A DNA stretch of 62,517 nucleotides. It comes from Candidatus Shapirobacteria bacterium (GTDB lineage Bacteria > Patescibacteriota > Microgenomatia > UBA12405 > UBA6130). A model generated the notes under the pieces. The model did not search any database and had not been told where the DNA came from. It saw only the letters and a list, made by a program, of their open reading frames with translations. How positions within the stretch are numbered: position 1 is the stretch's first letter; each line of letters opens with the position of its first letter. Position numbers and translations under genes: made by a program. Shown piece after piece: positions 42,507-51,537 of this stretch. The stretch spans positions 1 to 62,517 of the forward strand of contig JALWDZ010000016.1 in the NCBI GenBank assembly GCA_027039485.1, written 5' to 3'.

Positions 42507-43670
42507 ATGGAAAAGCAAAAAAAGCCGGTCGCGGTGGTCATCATTCCCACCTACAATGAGGCCAAAACGATCGGCAAAATGGTAAAGTATCTTTTCCGGC
42601 GGACTTTTCCGATGATAAAACATTGGCAGATGAAGCTGTTGGTTGTGGACGATACTTCGCCTGACGGCACTTACAAGATTGTCCAAAAGCTGCAAAAAAA
42701 ATACCCTGACCTTTACCTTTATTTAAATCCCCGCAAGATGGGTATTGGTTATGCCTATGTGATGGGTTTTAAGTATGCCATGAAGGAATTGAACGCTGAT
42801 GTGGTTATCGAATTTGACGGCGATTTCCAACATCCGCCGGACACAATTCCGGCAATGCTGAAAGAGATAGAAAAAGGCGCTGATTATGTTTTAGGATCGC
42901 GAAAAATTCCCGGCGGGTCAGTTCCCAAAGCTTGGGGGTTTAAACGCAAACTGTTTACTTATGTGGGCGGCTTTGTGGCTCGTCTGATTCTCTTTTTTCC
43001 TAGCAAGGCATTTTGGCAAATTACCGATCCGACTACCGGCCTGAAAGCTTCCCGGGTAAAAGGTTTTGTGGACCGCTTGGATATGGATCATCTTTATTCG
43101 TATAAATTTGGTTATAAACTGGAATTTCTTTACAAGATGGTAAAGTTGGGGGCTAAAGTAAAAGAAATTCCTTTAAAATTCCAATTGCGCCGGGCTGGGG
43201 AATCGAAAATAGCGCCCGATACGGCTAAGGACATTTTCCGGACGGTTATCCTTCTCCGTTGGCATGACCAAACGACCCAAAGTTTTCTTAAGTTTGCCAC
43301 CGTGGGCTTTATTGGCTATTTGGTTAATGCTGTGGGCTTGGAAATTTTTTATCGGTTGGGGCTCGCCCCAAATTGGGCCGCGGCGGCGGGGGCCGAACTG
43401 GCCATTATTTCCAATTTTACTTTCAATAATATTTGGACGTTTTCCTATAAAAAGATTACCGGCTTAAGGGCAGTTATAACTAAATTTATAACTTTCAACC
43501 TTACCTCGGCCGGGGCGGTAGTTATTCAATTTTTTGTGGTTGGTTGGGGAACAAAATTGACTGGCGACCAATGGCGGCAGCTATGGCTAGTCATTGCTAT
43601 TGTTTTCTTCATTGTGCCTTATAACTGGCTAATGTATAACAAGATCATTTGGAGAAAGCAGCGTCCCTAG
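42507..43670 (+). CDS. GT2 polyprenol-phosphate glycosyltransferase (Dpm1-like) fused to a GtrA-like membrane domain
   Basis: VVIIPTYNE, VVDDTSPDGT, DGDFQHPP; the C-terminal four-TM region is GtrA-like (FLKFATVGFIGYLVNAVGLEIF). Confidence 0.8.
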   Translation: MEKQKKPVAVVIIPTYNEAKTIGKMVKYLFRRTFPMIKHWQMKLLVVDDTSPDGTYKIVQKLQKKYPDLYLYLNPRKMGIGYAYVMGFKYAMKELNADVVIEFDGDFQHPPDTIPAMLKEIEKGADYVLGSRKIPGGSVPKAWGFKRKLFTYVGGFVARLILFFPSKAFWQITDPTTGLKASRVKGFVDRLDMDHLYSYKFGYKLEFLYKMVKLGAKVKEIPLKFQLRRAGESKIAPDTAKDIFRTVILLRWHDQTTQSFLKFATVGFIGYLVNAVGLEIFYRLGLAPNWAAAAGAELAIISNFTFNNIWTFSYKKITGLRAVITKFITFNLTSAGAVVIQFFVVGWGTKLTGDQWRQLWLVIAIVFFIVPYNWLMYNKIIWRKQRP

Positions 43671-44749
43671 AAATAGGGTGTCCAATCGCTGATGGGGGCG
43701 ATGTTGAATTGGATGAAGTGGATAGCGTAAAGGTAAATTGCGGGCAGAAGGAGAAGAAAAACAATTTTGAATTCTTTCTTGGCTAGAACAGGGGCAAAGG
43801 CAATGATCCAAAAGGGGTAAAGAGGGGCAGAATAACGGGAAATGTCGCGGTGGCCGATGAGTAGGGTGGCGATATAAAAGAGGAGGGGAAAGGTGGCAAT
43901 GATATCTGCCCGGTATTTCTTCAAAAGATAAAGTACCGCTAAACCGCCCAATAAATAGATATAAACGATATCTTCCAGCCAAATTGTTCCAATCCAGCGT
44001 TGGTGAGGGGTAATAAAGACTTGAAAGGGCAGCCAGGAGAGGTGAATGTTGTCGCCGGAATGGAAATAAGCCCAAAAATCGCCGGTTTGTTTTTGGTAAA
44101 GAAAGAAAATAGGAATAATAATTGCCGGGCCGAGGAGAAGAGGCCATTTTTTAAGCCACTGGCGCCAATGGAATCGCTCTTGCAGGAAAATTGTTAGGGC
44201 GAAGGCAGTAAAAAGAATAATAGCCGGGGTTTTGACAGCTTGGGCTATGGCTAAGCTGATGCCGGCAAGGAGATAATTTCTCTTCTTAAATTGGAGAATG
44301 GCCAAAAGGAGAAAGCCGATAAACCAAGGTTCAGGGGCGCCAATGGTATGCAGAACCAACATTCGGGCGGGGATAAAAAGAAGGAGGCTAGCGAGCCAGA
44401 ATGGTTGGGGCAAGTTTAAAAAATGGAGAAGGTGGTAAAAAACAAGGACCATAAAGAGAGTGCCCAGAAGGGTGCTAAAAAGCATTGCCCACCAGCCGGG
44501 CATTACTGATCGAAAGAGGCGGATAGTTAGAGGAAATCCCGGCAGATGGGCCGGGTAGTATTCCAAAGGCAGGGGAAGAGAAAAGTGAGTTCGGATACAA
44601 GCGGGATTATAGCCGCATTTGGCAATAACCATATAGTTGGGACCGTCATAGTTGGCATAGAGATGGGTTAGCTGGTGGCGGGAGGCAAAATAACCCCAAA
44701 TAGGAAGGACACTTAGAAGAGCTAAAGCTAAGAGGAGAATTGGTTTCAT
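43667..44749 (-). CDS. Polytopic membrane protein, probable GT-C-type glycosyltransferase
   Basis: 360 aa, about 9-10 TM segments, embedded among GT2 genes. Family not resolved by eye. Confidence 0.45.
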   Translation of the reverse strand: MKPILLLALALLSVLPIWGYFASRHQLTHLYANYDGPNYMVIAKCGYNPACIRTHFSLPLPLEYYPAHLPGFPLTIRLFRSVMPGWWAMLFSTLLGTLFMVLVFYHLLHFLNLPQPFWLASLLLFIPARMLVLHTIGAPEPWFIGFLLLAILQFKKRNYLLAGISLAIAQAVKTPAIILFTAFALTIFLQERFHWRQWLKKWPLLLGPAIIIPIFFLYQKQTGDFWAYFHSGDNIHLSWLPFQVFITPHQRWIGTIWLEDIVYIYLLGGLAVLYLLKKYRADIIATFPLLFYIATLLIGHRDISRYSAPLYPFWIIAFAPVLAKKEFKIVFLLLLPAIYLYAIHFIQFNIAPISDWTPYF

Positions 44750-44779
44750 GGTTGATTTATGATAGCATAAAGGGGAAAA

Positions 44780-45520
44780 ATGGGGGCTAAAAATTGGCTT
44801 TTGCCAGAACTTTCGGTTTTCTTTCCGGCTTACAATGAGGAAAAGAATATTGGCTCAACGGTGCGTAAGGCAATTAGTGTTTTAGAAAAAATAACTCCCC
44901 GTTGGGAAGTGATTGTGGTTGACGATGGCAGCCAGGACCAAACTGGTGCGGTAGTCAAAAAAATTGCCAGTAAATACCCACGGGGGAAAATTCGCCTCAT
45001 TGTCCATCATCCTAACCGCGGCTACGGGGCAGCTTTAAAAAGCGGTTTTTACAATGCCCGTTACCAGTGGATTGCTTTTACTGATGCCGATGGCCAGTTT
45101 GATTTTCGGGATATTCGTAATTTAATTGCTAAACAAAAGAAAACGAAAGCCGATCTGGTTATTGGCTATTATCTAGGCCGCAAAGTTCCCTTTTATCGCG
45201 TTTGGGGATCACGGGTATGGGAGTTAGCGGTTTGGCTGCTTTTTGGCCTCAAGGTAAAAGATATTGATTGTGGTTTTAAATTAATCCGAAAAAAGGTGAT
45301 TGCTACGATTCCTCATCTAGAAGCGGAGAGGGGGCCGTTCATCTCGTCAGAATTTCTTATCAAGGCCAAGCGGGCTGGTTTCAGAATTGTTCAGGTTGGC
45401 GTGCATCATTTTCCCCGCCGCGAGGGAGCAGCAACTGGGAGCAGTCCCAAGGTAGTCTTGGCTGGTTTGCGCGATTTATTGGTCTTTTGGTGGAAACTGC
45501 ATTTTCGAAAAGACAGATGA
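44780..45520 (+). CDS. GT2 glycosyltransferase (polyprenol-phosphate sugar synthase-like)
   Basis: SVFFPAYNEEKNI, VVDDGSQDQT, FTDADGQFD. Confidence 0.8.
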   Translation: MGAKNWLLPELSVFFPAYNEEKNIGSTVRKAISVLEKITPRWEVIVVDDGSQDQTGAVVKKIASKYPRGKIRLIVHHPNRGYGAALKSGFYNARYQWIAFTDADGQFDFRDIRNLIAKQKKTKADLVIGYYLGRKVPFYRVWGSRVWELAVWLLFGLKVKDIDCGFKLIRKKVIATIPHLEAERGPFISSEFLIKAKRAGFRIVQVGVHHFPRREGAATGSSPKVVLAGLRDLLVFWWKLHFRKDR

Positions 45521-46974
45521 AAGCTTTTTGGCGAGAATCTTGGTTTTGGCTAGGGTTGACCCTCTTGCTAGCTGCTTTCTTGCGCTTTTATCGCTTTCCG
45601 GCTTATATGGAATTTTTGGGAGACCAAGGGAGGGATGTTTTGTTGGTGGCCCGCTTTCTAAAGTATGGCGACTTGATGTTTATCGGCCCGCAAACATCGA
45701 TTGGCAATATGTATTTGGGGCCCTGGTATTACTATCTCATGGCCCCGTTTCTCTGGCTAGCCCATTTTAATCCGGTTGGTCCAGCCATAATGGTAATTCT
45801 TTTTGGCCTGGTGGCAGTTTGGTTAGTCGGGAAAGTGGGCAAGGAATGGCTAGATGAACAGACAGGCTTTATAGCCGCTCTTCTTGCTGCCGTTTCTCCG
45901 GTACTTGTTTATTATTCTATTTTTTCTTGGAATCCAAACATCATGCCTTTTTTTGCCCTTTTATCGATGTGGCTGCTTTGGCGCATTTGGCAGAGACATG
46001 AATATTACAAGTTAATTTGGCTGGCTGTTTCTTTGGCAATGGTTCTTAACTCTCACTATTTAGGCTTGCTTCTATTTCCCATAGTGGGATTTTTTTGGCT
46101 TTGGGCGTTAAAAGATGTCTGGCGCGAGAGAGAGAAAAGAAAGCTTTTTGCGCGGTTTTCCATTATCGCCGGCTTGGTATTTTTATTTTTCTTGTCTCCG
46201 TTGGTGCTTTTTGACTTAAAGCACAATTTTACCAACGCCCGGGCTTTTGAAAAATTTTTTGCCGCCCGACAAACAACAGTAAATTTTAAATTTTATAAGG
46301 GGTTTTTGCGTTTGCCGGCAATTTTCAACCAACTTTATAGCCAACTTTTAGTTCGGCAAGATTATTGGCCGCTGGCTTTTGGGGTTTTTCCTCTGCTCCT
46401 GTGGGGAATTTGGCGAGAAAGGAAGAATAAGGCTGTTTGGCTGTTGACTCTCTGGCTGGCAGTCGGTCTTTTAGGCTTAGCTAACTATAAACAACATGTC
46501 TATGCCCATTATTATGGCTTTCTTTATCCAGCGGCGGTTATTCTTTTGGCAATTTCTTTGCGTCACCTTTGGCGATTTTTGCGTTGGCCGTTATTAGTAG
46601 GGTTGGTGGGTTTATCTTTATGGCATTGGCACGGCCGTTTCCCGCCAAATTATCAGCTTGCCCGCGCCCAAAAGGTAGCCAGTTTTATTTTGGATAAAAG
46701 TCGGGGGGATAAATTCGCTCTGGCTTTGATTGCCGAACAAAATTATGATGCTCCTTATCGCTACTTTCTCCTTTTACACAAAGCGCCATTGGTAGAATTA
46801 CACCAAGAAATGCCGCGACAGCTTTTTGTGATTTGTGAGCCATGGGGGAAGGTAAATTGTAATCCGATTGGACATCCAAAATGGCAAATTGCTGCTTTTG
46901 GTTGGGCGAAAATTGAAAAACAGTGGGAAATTAGTGGTGTAAAAATTTTTCGCTTGGTACATTTAAAACATTAG
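45517..46974 (+). CDS. ArnT/PMT-like (GT-C) membrane glycosyltransferase
   Basis: About 485 aa and polytopic. The first-loop motif GDQGRDVLLVA…IGPQTS…YLGPWYYYLMAP is paralogous to that of 49224..50819. ATGA coupling to the upstream GT2. Confidence 0.6.
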   Translation: MKAFWRESWFWLGLTLLLAAFLRFYRFPAYMEFLGDQGRDVLLVARFLKYGDLMFIGPQTSIGNMYLGPWYYYLMAPFLWLAHFNPVGPAIMVILFGLVAVWLVGKVGKEWLDEQTGFIAALLAAVSPVLVYYSIFSWNPNIMPFFALLSMWLLWRIWQRHEYYKLIWLAVSLAMVLNSHYLGLLLFPIVGFFWLWALKDVWREREKRKLFARFSIIAGLVFLFFLSPLVLFDLKHNFTNARAFEKFFAARQTTVNFKFYKGFLRLPAIFNQLYSQLLVRQDYWPLAFGVFPLLLWGIWRERKNKAVWLLTLWLAVGLLGLANYKQHVYAHYYGFLYPAAVILLAISLRHLWRFLRWPLLVGLVGLSLWHWHGRFPPNYQLARAQKVASFILDKSRGDKFALALIAEQNYDAPYRYFLLLHKAPLVELHQEMPRQLFVICEPWGKVNCNPIGHPKWQIAAFGWAKIEKQWEISGVKIFRLVHLKH

Positions 46975-46994
46975 AGTACTAAAATAAAAAAACA

Positions 46995-47654
46995 ATGGAA
47001 AACAAAAAGTTTCAAATGGATTTAGCTGCTATTTACAATAAGGATGCAGCAAGGAGAAAGAAAGCTAGCGAAAGACCTCTATGGAAGAAGCGTTTACGAA
47101 GCATGTTTGCTCATCTTTTAAGAAAACGCGGGAAAACGACTATTTTGGAGTTGGGTGCCGGGGTGGGTTGGGATACTAGTTGGTTTCAAAAGCAGGGTTT
47201 TGAGGTTTTGGCAACCGATATTTCTCCTGCCATGCTGGAAAAGTGTCGCGAACAAGGTTTGAAAACGCGCCTCTTGGATATTTACAAACTTTCTTCGCTT
47301 TCTTCTTTATGGGGAGGAGTATACACCTTGAATGTTTTGCTTCATATTCCACGTCGCGATTTGCCCGGAATTGTAAGGCAAATATATAACCATTTAGAAA
47401 GCGGAGGAGTGTTCTTTTGGGGGTGCTATACTCGGGGCAAAGATGAAGAGGTGTGGCTAGAGGATAAGATACAAAACTTGCCGCCGAGGTTTTTCTCTTT
47501 TCTAAGTGACGATACTCTAAAGCAATTAGCTGAAGAAGGTGGATTTCGGGTCATCGATTTTCAAAAGTTGGGAGGGGATGTTATTGGGAGAACGCCTGCC
47601 GAAAAGAAAACATTTGCTTTTCAAGGGTTGTTTTTGGAAAAGAATTCGCTGTGA
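46995..47654 (+). CDS. Class I SAM-dependent methyltransferase
   Basis: Motif I ILELGAGVGWDT, an acidic post-I residue (VLATDIS), and motif II/III spacing. Confidence 0.7.
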   Translation: MENKKFQMDLAAIYNKDAARRKKASERPLWKKRLRSMFAHLLRKRGKTTILELGAGVGWDTSWFQKQGFEVLATDISPAMLEKCREQGLKTRLLDIYKLSSLSSLWGGVYTLNVLLHIPRRDLPGIVRQIYNHLESGGVFFWGCYTRGKDEEVWLEDKIQNLPPRFFSFLSDDTLKQLAEEGGFRVIDFQKLGGDVIGRTPAEKKTFAFQGLFLEKNSL

Positions 47655-47777
47655 TATAGATATCTCTTGGCTAGAATTTGATCGGGCGTTCTGGATATGG
47701 GGAGCTCTAGGAGGCGAGGACAAATTACTTCTCCCAAAAAATTCGTAACAGTGCTATGCTAAAGATAGCTTTTAGTA

Positions 47778-48224
47778 ATGGATGTTTTTAAAATGTACCA
47801 TGTTGCTATTTTGAATAAATCGTGGCATTTATTGGAGAAGATTGCCTCTGGAGAGAAAACGGTTGAATCGCGATGGTATAAATTCCGGTATCCGCCGTGG
47901 AATAAAGTGAAACCCGGCGACACTCTTTGGTTTAAAAATTCGGGAGAACCAGTAAAGTTAAAAGCTAGAGTAACCAAAGTATTACAGTTTGAAAATTTGG
48001 ATGAAGAGAAAATAAAAAAAATAAGAGAAAAATACGCTAGGCTGTTGGGATTAAGTAAAGAACAGGCTAGCGTAATTGGAGATTATTTTCGGGGCAAAAA
48101 GTATTGCATCCTTATTTTTTTTGATGATGTGGAGCAAGTAAGACCATTTAGGATAGATAAGCGCGGTTTTGGTAGCGCTGCGGCTTGGTTGGTGGTGGAC
48201 AATATAGAAAAGATTAGATTATAA
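47778..48224 (+). CDS. ASCH (PUA-like) domain protein
   Basis: 148 aa. The pattern …LLEKIASGEKTVESRW…GDTLWFK is typical of ASCH beta-barrels. By-eye call. Confidence 0.45.
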   Translation: MDVFKMYHVAILNKSWHLLEKIASGEKTVESRWYKFRYPPWNKVKPGDTLWFKNSGEPVKLKARVTKVLQFENLDEEKIKKIREKYARLLGLSKEQASVIGDYFRGKKYCILIFFDDVEQVRPFRIDKRGFGSAAAWLVVDNIEKIRL

Positions 48225-48236
48225 TAATTAAATCAG

Positions 48237-48779
48237 GTGAAGATCTTGTTGGCTAGTACCAGTAAGCATAAACTAAGTGCAGTGAGAACAGCGGCAAGCA
48301 AACTGTTTGCTGGTGATGTTAGGGTGGAGGGTTATGCGAGTTCTTCGGCAATTGGTGAACAACCAGTGGGATGGGAAGAGACAATAAAAGGAGCTGTTAA
48401 CAGGTTGAGCTTCTTAAAAAGAAAAATAAAGAGAGAGGGGCTAGATTATGATTATCTGGTTGCGATTGAAAATGGAATAGTTCCACTAGAAGTGAAGAGG
48501 CAAAAGAGATGGTTTGATGTGGGAATTATCTTGGCAGAAGATAGGAAAGGTTGCTTAGGTGCTGGTTTTACTTCATCAGTAGAAATGCCAAGAGAGTTGG
48601 TGAGTAAAGCTAAAAAGTTGGGTTTTGCTGGGAATACAGTGGCTAAACTTTTGGCGGAGGAAGTTGGTGGCGATGCAACCGATCCCCACGCAATTCTAAC
48701 AGGAGGCAGATTTACCAGAATAGATTTCCTTTCTCAAGGATTAGAATCTGTACTAAGCCAGCTGTTAGTAGAATATTGA
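48237..48779 (+). CDS. Inosine/xanthosine triphosphatase-like protein (YjjX/NTPase I-T family)
   Basis: The layout MKILLASTSKHKLSAV…SSSAIGEQPVGWEETIKGAVNR…YLVAIENGI parallels E. coli YjjX. GTG start. Confidence 0.55.
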   Translation: MKILLASTSKHKLSAVRTAASKLFAGDVRVEGYASSSAIGEQPVGWEETIKGAVNRLSFLKRKIKREGLDYDYLVAIENGIVPLEVKRQKRWFDVGIILAEDRKGCLGAGFTSSVEMPRELVSKAKKLGFAGNTVAKLLAEEVGGDATDPHAILTGGRFTRIDFLSQGLESVLSQLLVEY

Positions 48780-49208
48780 TTATTTTATCTTTGATAAATC
48801 ATTGTTTATGATTATTGGTTCCATGGCGAGAATTTCTTCCTTATAGAATTCAAGTTCTGGTATTGGGTGGAAAAGAAAAATTTTCTTTCTTAAAACATAA
48901 GCGAAGCCCATTTCTAAGAACGAATTAGCTCCAATGTAGTTTTTTACATCCTTTTTATTTAAATTTACTACCAAAATGGCGTCACTAGCTTTTATTTTCT
49001 GATAGTGTTTGCGGATAAGATTATGCTTCTTCTTTCGCTCTGCCCCTTCTTCTCCATGAAGAGTTCCGGGGACGAAATTTAATTTCCCCTCGATATGCTC
49101 CTTTACGCCTTCTGGTAAATATACCTGGTGGCCTAATTTTTCTAATTTTTTGGCCACCCTCCACATTTCGTCAGCGAATTTCATGGAGCCGCAAATAGTG
49201 ATTCTCAT
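48780..49208 (-). CDS. Nucleoside 2-deoxyribosyltransferase-like protein
   Basis: 142 aa. MRITICGSMKF…ASDAILVVN…GANSFLEMGFA resembles the flavodoxin-like NDT superfamily. By-eye call. Confidence 0.4.
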   Translation of the reverse strand: MRITICGSMKFADEMWRVAKKLEKLGHQVYLPEGVKEHIEGKLNFVPGTLHGEEGAERKKKHNLIRKHYQKIKASDAILVVNLNKKDVKNYIGANSFLEMGFAYVLRKKIFLFHPIPELEFYKEEILAMEPIIINNDLSKIK

Positions 49209-49223
49209 TTTAAAAATTATAGC

Positions 49224-50819
49224 ATGGTTACGGGTTCTTTTCCGTTCATGCTAGAATTTTTTATGAAATGGCGGCGACTGTTTGAGATGGATGTTATTAG
49301 AATTATTAGGAAAAATAAGTGGTTAATTTTGCTTTTGGTGGTTTGGTTAGGCGGATTGGGGGTACGGGTATATCGGCAAGGAGATTTGCTGGGTTTTTAT
49401 TATGACCAGGGGCGGGATGCCCTTCAGGTGGCTAAAATCCTTGCTGCTAAAAATTTTCCGGCAATTGGGCCGACAACTGGCCTAGCAGGTATTTTTCTTG
49501 GCCCTTTTTGGTTCTATTTTTTGGCCCCCTTATACTTTATCGGCCGGGGCGATCCAGCCGTGGCGGCGGCTTTGGTGGGGGTAGTTGACAGTTTAACAAT
49601 ACTTTTGCTTTATGGGCTGGGGAAAAAATTTGTCAATGAAAAGGTGGGGTTGATAGCAGCTTTTCTTTGGGCCTTTTCTTATTGGCTCATTCGTTCGGCG
49701 CGGTGGTTTTCGAATCCGTCTCCTTTACCCTTTTTTACCGTCCTTTTGTTTTGGAGCTTGGGAGAATGGCTCTTGCGGCAAAGAGCAAAATGGTTTTTGG
49801 CTGTTGCCCTTTGGTTGGCAATTAGCCTACAATTGGAAGCGGCGAGCGCTATTTTTTATTTCCCGGCCATTTTTCTCTTAGCTCTTATTTTCCGGCATCG
49901 GGTAAAATTCGGTTCTGCGAACAAGTATCTTTGGGGCGGAGTTGCCGTTTTCTTTTTTTCCCTTTTGCCGCAAGCTGCTTTTGAAATAAAAAATAAGTTT
50001 TTAATGACCCGGAATTTTTGGGGTTTTTTGACTGGTAAAGTAAATACCGAAAGCGGCCGCAGTTGGGCTTGGCCAACATTTTCTATCATAAAGGAGCGTT
50101 TGATTTGGTATCACCATGTTTTCTTTGCCCAATTTGACCCGAATCTCCGTTGGCCTTTTTGGCTGGTTTTACTTTTTTGGCTTTTCTTTTTGTTGGTGTT
50201 GCTGCGGTCCCGCAATAACTTTCTTCGCCTGATTTTTCTTTTTGTTTTAACGCCGCTGTTTTTTCTGCTTTTCTTTGTTGGCAATTATGGCCATCTTTAT
50301 GATTATTATTTGACTGGCTTTTTGCCGGGATTTATTTTCCTTCTGGCTTATGTTTTAGCCCAGCTGCCGCTGGCAATTTTGTTTATCATCCTTTTGTATT
50401 TTTCCTGGCAAAATGGGCTCTTAACTCGCAATTATTTAATTGCCGGTGTTGACGGGCCTACCCACATTACTCTTGGCAACCAAAAGCAAATTATCCGTTG
50501 GGTTTGCCAAGATGCTGGCCGGCAAAGCTTTAATGTTGACGTTTATGTGCCGCCGGTAGTTCCTTACGCTTGGGACTATCTTTGGCGGTGGTATGGCTGC
50601 CAAAAATTGCATTGTTGTCCGGCCAAAAAGCACGTTTCCCGGCTTTATACCATTTGGGAAGTGGACCCTCCTCACCCAGAAAGGTTAAAGGCTTGGTTGG
50701 AAAGACAAGCGGGAATTGGTAAAATCGAAAAGCAGGTAAGATTGGGAGGCATTGGTGGCGAAAGACGAAAACGCTATGAACAAAAAAGTTTATCTATCGG
50801 TAGTCATCCCTTGTTATAA
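49224..50819 (+). CDS. ArnT/PMT-like (GT-C) membrane glycosyltransferase, paralog of 45517..46974
   Basis: Polytopic. YDQGRDALQVA…IGPTTG…FLGPFWFYFLAPLY is a shared motif. The start is uncertain; several in-frame ATGs lie between 49224 and 49290. Confidence 0.6.
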   Translation: MVTGSFPFMLEFFMKWRRLFEMDVIRIIRKNKWLILLLVVWLGGLGVRVYRQGDLLGFYYDQGRDALQVAKILAAKNFPAIGPTTGLAGIFLGPFWFYFLAPLYFIGRGDPAVAAALVGVVDSLTILLLYGLGKKFVNEKVGLIAAFLWAFSYWLIRSARWFSNPSPLPFFTVLLFWSLGEWLLRQRAKWFLAVALWLAISLQLEAASAIFYFPAIFLLALIFRHRVKFGSANKYLWGGVAVFFFSLLPQAAFEIKNKFLMTRNFWGFLTGKVNTESGRSWAWPTFSIIKERLIWYHHVFFAQFDPNLRWPFWLVLLFWLFFLLVLLRSRNNFLRLIFLFVLTPLFFLLFFVGNYGHLYDYYLTGFLPGFIFLLAYVLAQLPLAILFIILLYFSWQNGLLTRNYLIAGVDGPTHITLGNQKQIIRWVCQDAGRQSFNVDVYVPPVVPYAWDYLWRWYGCQKLHCCPAKKHVSRLYTIWEVDPPHPERLKAWLERQAGIGKIEKQVRLGGIGGERRKRYEQKSLSIGSHPLL

Positions 50820-51537
50820 CGAGGAGGCAAATTTGCGCCGGGGCGTCCTTGAGGAGGTTTGGCAATTTCTTAAAAAACAAAAGTTTTCTTGGGAAGTTTT
50901 GGTCTCTGATGACGGCTCCTCGGATAAAAGCCTATCTTTAGCCCAAAAATTTGCTCGTCATCATCCTGGTTTTAAAGTTTTAGCCAATGAACACGGCGGC
51001 AAGCCATGGGCTGTTTGGCAGGGGATTAGGGCCGCTTCTGGGGAAATAATTCTTTTCACCGACATGGACCAATCGACGCCTCTCAAAGAAATAAAAAAAC
51101 TGTTGCCCTGGTTTAAAAGGGGTTTTGATATTGTCATTGGGTCGCGGGGGAAAACTCGGAAGGATGCTCCTTGGTTGCGCAAACTCATGGCTTTTGTCTT
51201 TCTAACTGGCCGGCGATTGATACTTTTGCGGGATATTAAGGATACCCAGTGTGGCTTCAAGGCCTTGCGGCGGTTGGTGGCTCAGCGATTATTCCCCAAG
51301 CTGCAATTTTTCCGCCGAAAACAGGAAGGGATAAAAGGCTGGCGAGTTTCTGCTTTTGATGTCGAACTTTTATTTTTGGCTAAGAAAGCTGGTTATCGTA
51401 TAAAGGAAGTAAAAGTAGCCTGGCAAGACCGTGATATTACCCAAGGGAAAGGAAAAAATTTTCTCCGCGAGTCAAAAGAGATGCTTTCGGAAATTTTGCG
51501 CATTAAATGGAATAATTGGCTGGGGCGTTATGGCTAA
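50776..51537 (+). CDS. GT2 glycosyltransferase (polyprenol-phosphate sugar synthase-like)
   Basis: LSVVIPCYNEEANL, VSDDGSSDKS, FTDMDQSTP. The start is taken as ATG 50776. Confidence 0.8.
   Translation: MNKKVYLSVVIPCYNEEANLRRGVLEEVWQFLKKQKFSWEVLVSDDGSSDKSLSLAQKFARHHPGFKVLANEHGGKPWAVWQGIRAASGEIILFTDMDQSTPLKEIKKLLPWFKRGFDIVIGSRGKTRKDAPWLRKLMAFVFLTGRRLILLRDIKDTQCGFKALRRLVAQRLFPKLQFFRRKQEGIKGWRVSAFDVELLFLAKKAGYRIKEVKVAWQDRDITQGKGKNFLRESKEMLSEILRIKWNNWLGRYG

Noticed and set aside
43629-44147. A 172-aa ORF in an alternative frame on the same strand as the 43667..44749 membrane protein.
   Set aside because: It is entirely nested within a longer ORF that has coherent TM periodicity. Its Pro/Ser/Leu-rich composition is typical of an out-of-frame artefact.
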